NCBI GenBank assembly: GCA_965223325.1
Contig: CBDCWI010000002.1
Coordinates: 1,984,001-2,048,000, forward strand
Length of the DNA: 64,000 bases
Direction: 5' to 3'
Source of the DNA: Candidatus Multivoradales bacterium
Lineage (GTDB): Bacteria; Acidobacteriota; Thermoanaerobaculia; Multivoradales; Multivoraceae
In this document: positions 38,103 to 48,200 of the stretch, piece after piece
Layout: each line of letters opens with the position of its first letter
Position numbering within the stretch: the first letter of the stretch is position 1
Program-made: the position numbers and the translations under genes
Notes under the pieces: model-generated
Databases searched by the model: none
Told to the model about the DNA's origin: nothing
Seen by the model: only the letters and a program-made list of their open reading frames with translations

Positions 38103-39408
38103 TCCAGCTCCTCCAAGCGTACGGCACCGGACCTCGTTCCTCCGGCGGTAACCGTCTGCTCACCTCCACCGGCCTTGAAGGTTGGGCCAAACACGGGGTC
38201 GGTCGGCCGGCCTCCCTGGCCCCTGACTTTGCCTTCAAGCAGGATCTGACTCCGCGTTAGTACCGCTCGTCTCACACGGATCGCGTTGTTCTTGCTGGGG
38301 AGCGCGAACAATACGGTTCGGGCAAGTGCTGGAAGGGAGGACGCGGGCCTTACGAAGAGGCCTGATGCTGGCGAAAGAAGCGCACTGTCGGCAAAGAAGT
38401 TCTCGCCAGCCAACCCTCGGCGAGCGGTGATCTTACCCTTGAAGGAGCGAACCACATCCCTCGCTGCCTCGGGCGAGAAACCTCGCTGTTCAAGAAGTCG
38501 ACGAGCACCCTTGTTGTTGATCTTCGCAGGGGCCTGGCTAAGACCCCGGCCAAGATTCGACGCCTCTCGAGCGCGGCGACTCTGAGCAATGTTCTGAGTC
38601 ACCCGCTGACGAATCTCGCTCCGCGCTCGTGGTAAGGCCCTGACACCCGCCTGCAGCAAGGCCGGAGGAGGCGATGGCGCCGCCTCATTGGCAGCCCGCA
38701 CCGCACTACGAGCTCTGCTCGTCCGATTCAAAGACTTGACCGCATCTGCAGCACTGCCGACGGACCTCCTCGCAGCGCCACTGGCTGTTCCAGCGCCCTT
38801 GCTCAGCAAAACCTCCGCAAGAATCTCGGTCTTGAACGCCTGGACCTTGGCAATGGTCTCTGGGTCGCCCGAGGCAAGTTTTCCGGACGTGCTGGCCACT
38901 GCCTTGACCGCGGCGGAAGCCGCCTCGCTTGGATGCTCGACGACGTAGCTGACTCCAGCCTTCACGCCCTCGATCGTCGACTCAATCGATTCCTCGAGCT
39001 CGAGTGCCGCTTCCTGAGCGATCGGGTTGTCGGAGCCCAGGGCAGTGGCGGCACCAACGTTCGCCGAGAAGTTCAGGAAGCCGACACCCCGATCGACGAG
39101 CCCAAGTGCCCCCGCAGCTGAGCCCTTGATCTTCGCTTCTGCCCTGCCTGCGAGGTTCCCCAGCACGGTATCTTCGCCGAACACCGCGTCACTGATGCTG
39201 GCAGCCCCAGCAATGATCTCGGCCTTCTTGGCTCGGATCCTTTCCTGCAGTGCACGCAGCTCAGCGATGCGCCCATCCGGGTCGACCCAGACGGTCGGAT
39301 TCACCTTGCCGTAGGTGTACCAATGCAGCGACGGCGGATCGGAGAGGTCTCCAAAGACCGGATCCTCCGTCAAAAACCTCCCCACTTCAGGGTCATAGAA
39401 GCGGGCTT
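38099..39408 (-). CDS. Orphan Rhs tip cassette 2, putative ART/TNT-fold (NADase-like) toxin
   Basis: ARFYDP...DPDGR core end, then C-terminal LFALPSKNNA...LEGKVRGQ...GGGEQ. No credible start of its own. Confidence 0.8.
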
Positions 39409-39846
39409 CTGATGTCCCTACTGCGAACTCACCTAAATCACTTAATCCATTGAGCTTGCTCGGGTCCGAGGGTTAATATGCCCCCACCGTGCACTTTCGG
39501 GATCGCGAGGCCGCCAAACCCTCGGGAAAGTCCCCCCGACCGTGCGCGGCCACGACGCGCGATCCGAAGAGGGGCCCACTGGCGCGCCGCTTGCCCGACG
39601 GCCTGGCCCGGCCCCCGTGGGCGGACGACGCGGCGACACCTGGGGCCGGCGGAATCCGGATCGAAGCCTCCTACTTTAGAGGCTACGAAGCCCCGGGCCG
39701 GGGCGCGGCTCGGGTGGCTGGGACGGTTCGCAGGAAGGCCGAGCCCGGGCGGGTCGGCCGGGGGACTCCGGAAAAGACTGCAGGACGCAGGGCGACGCGC
39801 TCCGGCGTTAGCCGGAGCGCGCGGCGTCACGGAGACCTGGCGACCT
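39409..39846. repeat. Inter-cassette spacer copy C (internal deletion immediately after GCGCGA)
   Basis: Aligns to copy D with the segment after 41655 missing up to TCCGA(A/G)GAGGGGCCC. Confidence 0.92.
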
Positions 39847-39902
39847 TCAAGTTTCGGTCAAAGATGGTCGCCGGAGCCAAAACTCCCTGCTGGGATCGGG
39901 TC

Positions 39903-40355
39903 TCATTCGACAACGACGGCTGGTCGCCACCGCCTTCTTTCAAAGTACCTTGTTGACTCCTCAGAAAAATGCGCCTCGGCGTGGCCGTTTGCGTAGAGCA
40001 CTAGCTCGACCTGGCCGTCGTCTACCAAGACCGCTACCCGAGTACCTAGGTCACTCGACAATCGGACAGCCGACCGATCGGCAACTACCTCAAGTATCTC
40101 TCGCTCAAGGGACTCCCGCGGCGCGCTGAGGTAGACAGCAACTGCAAAGGCCCTTGAATCTGCGATGGCCCAAAGCGGGCTGCCATCGGTTTCGCCTCTA
40201 GACCGAAGATAGTCGTCCGCATCCCGAGCTTCGTCACCCACGTATGCCACCTCTACGTGAAACGGCCACTTCTCGGAGAGCACATGAGACAGCTTCGCCT
40301 CAACCTCAGAGCAGTCCGAGCTTTCGACACAAAGCACTACGTAGGGGGATGACAT
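39903..40355 (-). CDS. Putative immunity protein of cassette 1
   Basis: 150-aa ORF starting 2 nt after the toxin stop, with lower GC than the core genes. Confidence 0.7.
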   Translation of the reverse strand: MSSPYVVLCVESSDCSEVEAKLSHVLSEKWPFHVEVAYVGDEARDADDYLRSRGETDGSPLWAIADSRAFAVAVYLSAPRESLEREILEVVADRSAVRLSSDLGTRVAVLVDDGQVELVLYANGHAEAHFSEESTRYFERRRWRPAVVVE

Positions 40356-40357
40356 TC

Positions 40358-41499
40358 TCAGAAGTCTTTCGGATTCGGTAGACTGGCCTCATCGACCACC
40401 CGGATCGAAACCGACGGGTCCTTGGGGTTGAATCTTGAGACAAAGCCCTCAAAGGTGGCTAGCGGGACTCTGGAATCAGCCGCTCTAACAACGATAACAA
40501 GGCCACCCTCACCAACCTGGCCGACCCCCTTGTTGAGATCGCGGGCGAGGTTCTTCAGGCCCTTCGCTCGCTTCACCTCAGTGAACTGGTTCAGCGGCTT
40601 CCCTTTCCGTGAGACATGAAGATCTGGCCTCGGGGTCTGCGCTTCCGGAACGAAGCGAACATCCTTTCCCTCAAGTCGCAACAGCTCCGCGACCTTCAAC
40701 TCTGCTACGGCGCTGGTGTCACCCCTTTTCGCCATCCGAACTCTTCTGGAGCGCTCAGCCAAATCCCCTGTGATGCGACCAGCTGTGCCTCCAGACCTAG
40801 CCTTTCCTCTCGGTGAGGCCAGGTTTACTCTCGGTGCACCGGAACCGGCGGAGCGCGTTCTAGCGGCACGAGATGCTCCACGGAGACTTCCCGCTCCCTT
40901 TCCTCCTGCAGCAAACTCCAGTGCCGTCCTCTTAGCTCGAATCTGAGCGTCCGCGTCTCCCTCGACGGCACGGGTACCTACATCGACGACGTTCTCAATG
41001 ATCTCTTTGACGTCCGGAGTCTCTCGCTCGATCTTCTCAAGCACCTCTCGTTGACGAGGCCTGAGTTCGCGATCGGCAATCGTTGAGGAGCTAGAGAGAA
41101 GGCGCTCGTGATCAATGGCCTGGTCGGCACCATGAAGGCCGAACCCAATCACACCGAGCACTGCAGACCCTGCGGCCGCAGCATCCTCGATGCGATTTCC
41201 AATGAAGCCACCAACGACGGGGATCTTCTCGGAGGCCTGGTCCGATAGGTCTGCCGCCGCAGAGATCAAAGTTTCGTCGGCTAGCGCTACCGCCTCCTGA
41301 GCTGTGTCCAGCTTCTCCTGTGCTCCAACGAGGAGTTCGTCCAGCTGCTCTTGGCTCATCCGACCGTCCGGATCGACCCACACCGTCGGGTTGACCTTGC
41401 CGTAGGTGTACCAGTGCAGCGAAGGTGGATCGGTGAGGTCTCCAAACACCGGATCTTCGGTGAGGAAGCGACCGAGTTGAGGGTCATAGAAGCGGGCTT
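40358..41499 (-). CDS. Orphan Rhs tip cassette 1, PD-(D/E)xK nuclease (CdiA tRNase-like) toxin
   Basis: Core end followed by AELKVAELL...RPDLHV...FTEVKR...GQ. An in-frame GTG at 41512 lies in the spacer without a clear RBS. Confidence 0.82.
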
Positions 41500-42025
41500 C
41501 TGATGTCCCCACCGCGATCTCACGCTAAATCACTGATTCCAAACGGGTTATCCCGATCTCGGAGTTGCTATGCCCCCACCGTGGACTTTCGGGATCGCGA
41601 GGCCGCCACTCCCCTCGGGAAAGTCCCCCCGACCGTGCGCGACAACGACGCGCGACCCGCGGCGTACGAGGGCCAGAGTCGGGGAACGCAGCGTTCCCGG
41701 ACAGGCGGATCTGCAAGCGGCGTGACAGAAGGGAGGTCCGAGGAGGGGCCCAATGGCGCGACGCTTGCCCGCCGGTCTGGACCGATCCCGAAGGGCGGAC
41801 GACGCGGCGATGCCTGGAGGGGGCGGAATCTTCGTCGAAGCTTCTTTCTTAGTGGCTACCAAAAGCCCCGGCTCGGGACGCGGACCCGGAGGAGAGGGTG
41901 ACTCGCAGAAAGGCCAGCCCGGACGGATGGGCCGGGGGGACTTCCGTTCCGAAAAGGACTGCAGGGCGCAGGGCGACGCGCTCCGGCGTCAGCCGGAGCG
42001 CGTCGTCCCGGAGACCTGGCGATCT
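41500..42025. repeat. Inter-cassette spacer copy D (longest, 526 bp)
   Basis: 156-bp module (41500-41655) plus a GC-rich structured part with a 14-bp-stem hairpin at 41974-42005. Confidence 0.93.
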
Positions 42026-42052
42026 CATGCACGATCGCAAGGTTGACTTGAT

Positions 42053-42277
42053 TCAGGTTTCGGTGAGGCCGAGCCCTAGGTCGAAGAGCCCGGCCTCTAC
42101 AGTCTCTAGTGCTCTCTCCCAGTCGGCCCAGGCCGCAGGATCTGCTGTTTCACCGTCCGCCAGGAAACTCATGCCACCGAGAAGAGCGCCCAGATCGCCC
42201 GAACCGGTTCTCTTGTACACGCCCTCTAGGAACACAAACATAGCGGCATACGCTTCCTTACTCGTGAGTCTGTCCAT
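42053..42277 (-). CDS. Putative cognate immunity protein of the full-length Rhs toxin
   Basis: 74 aa, EAYAAMFVFLE...DPAAWADWERA. Starts 2 nt after the Rhs stop. Confidence 0.85.
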   Translation of the reverse strand: MDRLTSKEAYAAMFVFLEGVYKRTGSGDLGALLGGMSFLADGETADPAAWADWERALETVEAGLFDLGLGLTET

Positions 42278-42279
42278 CT

Positions 42280-45200
42280 CTATTGTTTCCCTCGCGACAG
42301 CCCGGTGTCAGAATTGAAAGTCCTTGGCTCGAGGTTTAGGCCTCCGTTCTGAACGATCCCATCACGGGTTTGAACCCAAGCCTGGGTACCGTCATCAAGC
42401 GTGCGTGCTGACCACTCGTTACCGAATCTATCGGTTCCCAGAGTCGCTGCTGGATCATCCGCGACGTCGATCAACAGGTTTCGGTTCTCTGGTGTGTCAG
42501 GCAGATGTCCTGGCCTATCTTCGAAAATGTGCTCGAGCTGGGAGTCACCGTCTGGGAACCGAGTAGCCGACTCTGGGGGAGCAGAAGCTCCCCTTGCCGC
42601 ACGAGCTCTCTTCCCTCGAAACGCGCGAACAAACTTCGACCCACCTCGGACCAATCCACCCGCCGCGGTGCCAACCTCGAGCACGGTCCGCTTCGTTCGA
42701 ATCTGAGCTTCTCGATCTCCCCTGGAGGCCTCATACCCGACCTCGACGGCGCTCTCCAAGATGAGAACAGCGCTGTCTTTCGCCTCTTCGACGAGCTGCT
42801 GGTTCGCTTCGAAACCTCTTGTGCGGTGTGGAAGCGCCTCGGGCTCCGCAATCATCGTTATCGGCGACTGCTGATTGTTGGCGTTGATCTCTAGCGCTAG
42901 ATCTACAGCCTGAACAGCACTCGGCGGGATCCGAAGGAGGTTGAGGCCGGCCGAGGCGACAGCTGCCAAGTCTTCAGTTCTTTCAGCAAGCCAGGAGCCT
43001 CCAGGTAGCTCTTCAAGCTTGTCAGCCGCTTCCGCGGCCTTCTCGATAACAGCATCATCGAGCTCGGTGATCATTTCTTGAGCGCGCTCTGCCTTCTCCA
43101 CCACCTCGTCAGGCAGTCCCTCCGGCGCAGAGGGCATTCCGCGTACCTCCACTCGCCCATCGGGATCGACCCAGACCGTCGGGTTGACCTTGCCGTAGGT
43201 GTACCAATGGAGCGACGGTGGATCGGAGAGGTCTCCAAACACCGGGTCCTCGGTAAGGAAGCGGCCCAGCTCCGGGTCATAGAAGCGGGCTTTGGCGTAG
43301 TACAACCCCGTCTCATCATCCAGCTCATGTCCCGTAAACCCGAACACGTTCGCACTCGACCCCACCTGCGAGCGTAGGTTGCCCCACGCGTCCCAGCGGT
43401 ACCTTGCCTTCAAGGCGCCGTCGGGCTGGATCAGGTTGGAGATTGAGCCCAGGGCGTCGAAGAGGTAGAACTGGCGGCCTTCTGAGGTGTTGTTGAGCGA
43501 CAGGAGGCGGTCGGGGCCGTAGTCGTACTTCGAAAGGGTGAAGCCGTTGTCGTCGGTCTGCTGGAGCACGCTCTGGTCGTCGTAGACGTAGCGCACTGTC
43601 CCTTCGGGGCCGCCGCTCTTGCGGATGCGGAGGCCCTGGTAGTCGTACTGGTAGTAGCCCGAGAGGAGGCCGTTGGTGCGCACTTCGGTGAGCTGGTCGC
43701 GGCTGTCGTAGAAGTGCTCGCGGGTCTCGCTGCCCTGGCTGCGGGTGCGCAGGTTGCCGTTCGGGTCCCAGCTGTAGGTCACCGACTGGGTCGCGTCCAG
43801 AGCGTCGATCATTGATTCGATACGGTGGCGGCTGTCGTAGCTGAGCGTTCGGTCGCGGGTGACGCCGCTGGTGCTTGTGTCGACTTCGGTGAGACGGTTG
43901 CCTACGCCGTCGTAGGTGTAGGTGGTGGTCTTGTCGGGGTACACCACCTGGGTGAGGCGGTCGGCCAGGTCGTAGCTGTAGGTCGTGGTCTCGGCGGCGC
44001 CGCCGTTCTCTTCGACCTGGACCGTGCGGTTGCCGTTCCGGTCGTACTCGTACGAGTAGCTCGAGACCAGGGCGCTGTTCCAGCGGTTGGTGATCGTCTC
44101 GGTGCGACCCGCCAGGTCGTAGGTGGTGTCGGCCGTCGTACCGTTCGGGTAGGTAACGCGCTCGAGGCGGCTGTCGCGGTAGTAGCGATACTCAGTCGTT
44201 CCACCGTCGGTGGTCACGGTGGTCGGGCGGTTCAAGCCGTCGAAGGTGTAGGTCGTAGCGAGGCCGTCGGAGTCTTCGAGGCGGGTGCGGTTGCCGTTGG
44301 GGTCGTAGCGGTACGAGAGGGTCTCGCCCTGAGGGTCGGTTACGGTCTCGAGGCGGTCGAAGGTGTCGTAGGTTCTGGTGGTGACGCGGGTGCCGGTTGC
44401 ACCGGTGTACTGCTCCTCGATCAGGGTCGGGTTGCCCGATGGGTCGTAGGTCATCGAGATCTCTGACAAGAAGTCGGTGCGGTCGGGGTCGTTGACCGGC
44501 TCGGGGTAGGTCACCGAGGTCTCTCGATCGAGAACGTCGTAGGAGCGGGTGATCTCCTGGCCTACGGCATCGCGAAGGCCGGTGATGTTGCCGTTCTCGT
44601 CGTAACGCATCGCCTCAGCCGAGCTATCGGCCATGGTCTTGGTGGCCTGGCGGGAGAGGGCGTCGTAGGAGAAGGTGGTGGCACTGTTCTCGGCGTCGAG
44701 GTGCTCGAGGAGGTTGCCGGCCTCGTCGTACGTGTACGACGTCGTACCAGCCGGGGATGTGACGCTCTGAATGCGGTTGGCTTCGTCGTAGCTGTTGCGC
44801 CAGGTACCCCCTTCGGGGCGCTGCGTGAGGGTGCGGTTGCCGGCCAGGTCGTACTCGTAGAGGGTCGTCTCGCCGGCGCCGGTGGTCTCGCTCGAAAGAC
44901 GCTGCCGCAGGTCGTACGCGCGGCTCGACTCACGACCCACGGGATCGATCTCGAGGATGACGCTACCCATGGCGTCGTAGTGGAACACCGTGGTCGACGT
45001 CTCGGGGCGGTTCTCGACCAGCGCCAGGTCGCGCTCGTCGTAGTTCCAGGACGTCGTAGCGCCGTTGGCGTCGGTCTCGGAGACTTTGTTGCCGTTGGCG
45101 TCGTAACGACGTGAAAGCAGCTGCAGCCCATCGCGCGACTGCGCGATGTCGCGGTTCTCGCGATCGAAGGTAAAGCGCTGCGCAATGCCGCGGCGATCGA

Positions 45201-48200
45201 TGTGTTCGACCTGGTTGCCGATGGCGTCGTACTGGAAGGTCTGCACGTAGGACAGCGGACCTGGGTCTTGCTGACGGACGAGGCGGTTGAGGCCGTCGTA
45301 CTCAAACGATGTCGTCAAGCCGCGCGCATTGGTCCTGGTGAGCACATTGCCGACCCGGTCGTAGGTCTGGCTGGTCTCGTAGCGGGCGGTGCTGCCCTCA
45401 TTGCCGAAGCCGGTGGCGGTGGGCGGCAGGATGCGTCTGGTCTCGCGGTTTAAACGGTCGTATTCGATGTCAACCGTGAAACCGCGCACGTCGGTCACGC
45501 TGAGCTGGTTGCCGACGACGTCGTAGGTGAAGGTCTCAACGCGCGGCTGGGTTGCGGGAACTGTAACGGTAGGTAGACGGCGCTCGACGACGCGATCGAG
45601 CGCGTCGTAGTCGAGCTCGGTGCGGTGGCCACGCGCGTTGGTCTCGGCGGTGCGGTTGCCGCGCGCGTCGTATTCGAAGGACGAGATTGCCCCCATGTCG
45701 TCGCTGGTATTCAGCAGGCGGTTGAGGCCATCCCAGTTGGACGTCTGGGTGTTGCCGTTGGGGAACTCTTCGGTGAGCAGGTTGCCGACCGCATCGAAGG
45801 TGCGCACCGTGGTCGCAACAGCTAGACCCTCGGGATGGGTCGCTGACGTCACCCGGTCGAGATGGACTGTGGTTGTCGTGCGCCGGTTGCGCGCGTCGTA
45901 GCTGTGCTCGACCCGGTTGAGGTTGGGGTCGATCTCGGCGACGACGTTGCCCACCTTGTCGTAGCGGAAGGTGGTGGGCCGGTTCTGCGGCTCCCGATCT
46001 TCGGCATCGGTCTGCGTTTCGACCCGGTCGAGAGCGTCGTAGCTGAAGTTGCGAATCTGGTCGGCGATGTCCCAGCTTCCCGAAGCGCTGTAACGCTGGT
46101 TCAGGCGGCGTTCTTCGATGAGGTTGCTCGAGCCGTCGTAGATCCACTGGGTAGTTTTCGCGGCGCCTGACGAGTAGGGCGGCTCGACGAACTCGATGCG
46201 CCGGTTGAGCTCGTCGTAGCGCGAGCTGCTTACCCGTCCCTCGGGGTCGATCTCCTCGACCAGGTTGCCTTCGCCGTCGTAGCGACGCCGGGTCGTCGCG
46301 TCGCCCGCTGCGGTGCCGAAGACCTGGGTGATTTCATCCTGTCGGTTGAGACCGTCGTAACCGAACAGGGTCTCGCGGGTGGGGAACGAGCCATCGCTCT
46401 GATCAAGCAGGGTCTCGCGGATGACGTTGCCTGCCGGGTCGTAGCCGTAGGTCGTGGTGCGATCGAGGGGCTCATCGCGGCGCACCAGACGATCTGCGTC
46501 GTCATACTGAAAGGTCACCTCAGTGCGCAGCGTGTCGGCGTCGAACCAGCCGGTTTCGAGAGTCTTGTTGCCGGCCTCGTCGTAGGCCAGCTCCATGGTG
46601 CCCCCAACCGCGTTCTCGATACGCACCACCCTGCCCTGCAGATCGAACTGTGTGGTGGTGGTACGGCCGGCCGGGTCGGTCTCGGTCTGGACGTTGTTGG
46701 CGTCGTCGTAGCTCGCCGTAGCCGAGGGGCGGCCTGCCTCACCTGCTGCGCGCGGCAGGTCGGTGCGCAGCAGCCGACCGAGACCGTCGTAGGTGAAGTC
46801 GGTGACCCGGCCTTCCTGGTCGGTGCGCGAGAGCGGCAGGCTGCGTTCGTCCCAGACGGTCTCCGTGGTGCCGCCGGGCGAGGGCTCGATGACCCGCGCG
46901 AGGTTGCCGTAGACGTCGTAGGTGAAGGTGGTTGTGAAACCGCGCGGATTGGTGGTGCGAATCCGGTCGCCGTTAGCGGAGTAGGCGTGGGTGGTGGTCA
47001 GGCTCTCGGAGGACTCGAGCCCGGTGACCTGGATCGACTCTTCGATCAGGTTGCCGCGGTTGTCGTAGCCAAACGACGTGGTGTTGCCGTTGCGGTCGGT
47101 GCGCGTACGCAAGCGGTTCTTGATCTTGCCGCCAGCCGGCAAACTGAACGTCTCAGAAGGCCAGTAGGTGTTGACCTGGGTGAAGGTGCGCTCGGTACCG
47201 TCCCACTCACTGCTGAGGGTCTCTTCGCTCAGCAGGTTGCCTTCGCTGTCGTATGTGAAGGTGGTGGTCACCCCGTTGGCATCGGTGCGACTGGTGAGCA
47301 GGATGTCCTGGTCATCCCAGGTCATCAGGCTTTCGTTGCCGAGCGGGTCGACGGTGCGCTGGGGCGAGCCGTAGCCGTTCAGGAACCAGCGGGTGACTTT
47401 GGGGTCGCCGTCGGTGCGGGCGCTCTCGACCTGGGTCTCGAGCTGACCAGAGGAGCGATCGGCAAGTGCCAACGTGTTGTAGACGAACCGTGTCGTGCCG
47501 CCCGCGGTCGTGATGTCGCCCCCGGGCCCGGTCGTTCCCTGGGGCTCCACCAGGTGGTCCACGGCATAGGTGGGCACCTGAATATCACCCTGCACGCCGA
47601 CCGGCTGCTTGATGTACACGTAGCTGGAGAGGGCGGTGTTGAGCTGGTTCTCCACTTCCACGAGCAGGTGGCGCTTCTCCCACAGCGGGGTATCGCCAAC
47701 CTCGAAGTTGTAGCCGTAGCGCTCACTGCGCAGGCCCCCTTCCCGCACAGCGCTCGTCAGATTGCCGTGGATGTCGTAGCCAAAGGTGACGCTTTGATTC
47801 CCCGGACCAGTGATTGCGGTGATGACCTGGCCACTCCAGAGAGCAAAGTCGCGGCGCACGTTGGTGAAGTCGAGGCTGCGCCCACTGGAATCAACGACGC
47901 TGGTGAGCACCCGGTTCTCACCGGCACCGCTATACAGCAGGTCAGTTCGGTTGCCGTTGGTGTCCTCGATGAAATCGAGTTCGAAGTGGTTGTGCTCGCG
48001 CAGGAAGTAGCGGTAGCGGCTGCCATCCCGCGTAAAGAAGTCGAAGGCACCGTTGTCGGTGTCCTGCACCAGGGTGCCGTGGTAGCCACGCAGCGGTGTC
48101 CAACCACCCTGGCCGTCGCCCTCGAAGCGCATGCCCGACCCTTCGGCGCCGATGACGATCGCGATGCCATGCGGCGTGAGGATGAGGCGCGAATCGTAGG

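Noticed and set aside
33572-42025. CRISPR array interpretation of the recurring repeats
   Set aside because: The repeats are 150-530 bp long, separated by kb-scale genes, and no cas genes are present.
41635-42025. Group II intron or DGR (GTGCG start, structured GC-rich region)
   Set aside because: No recognisable domain V, no reverse transcriptase, and no adenine-specific TR/VR pair seen.
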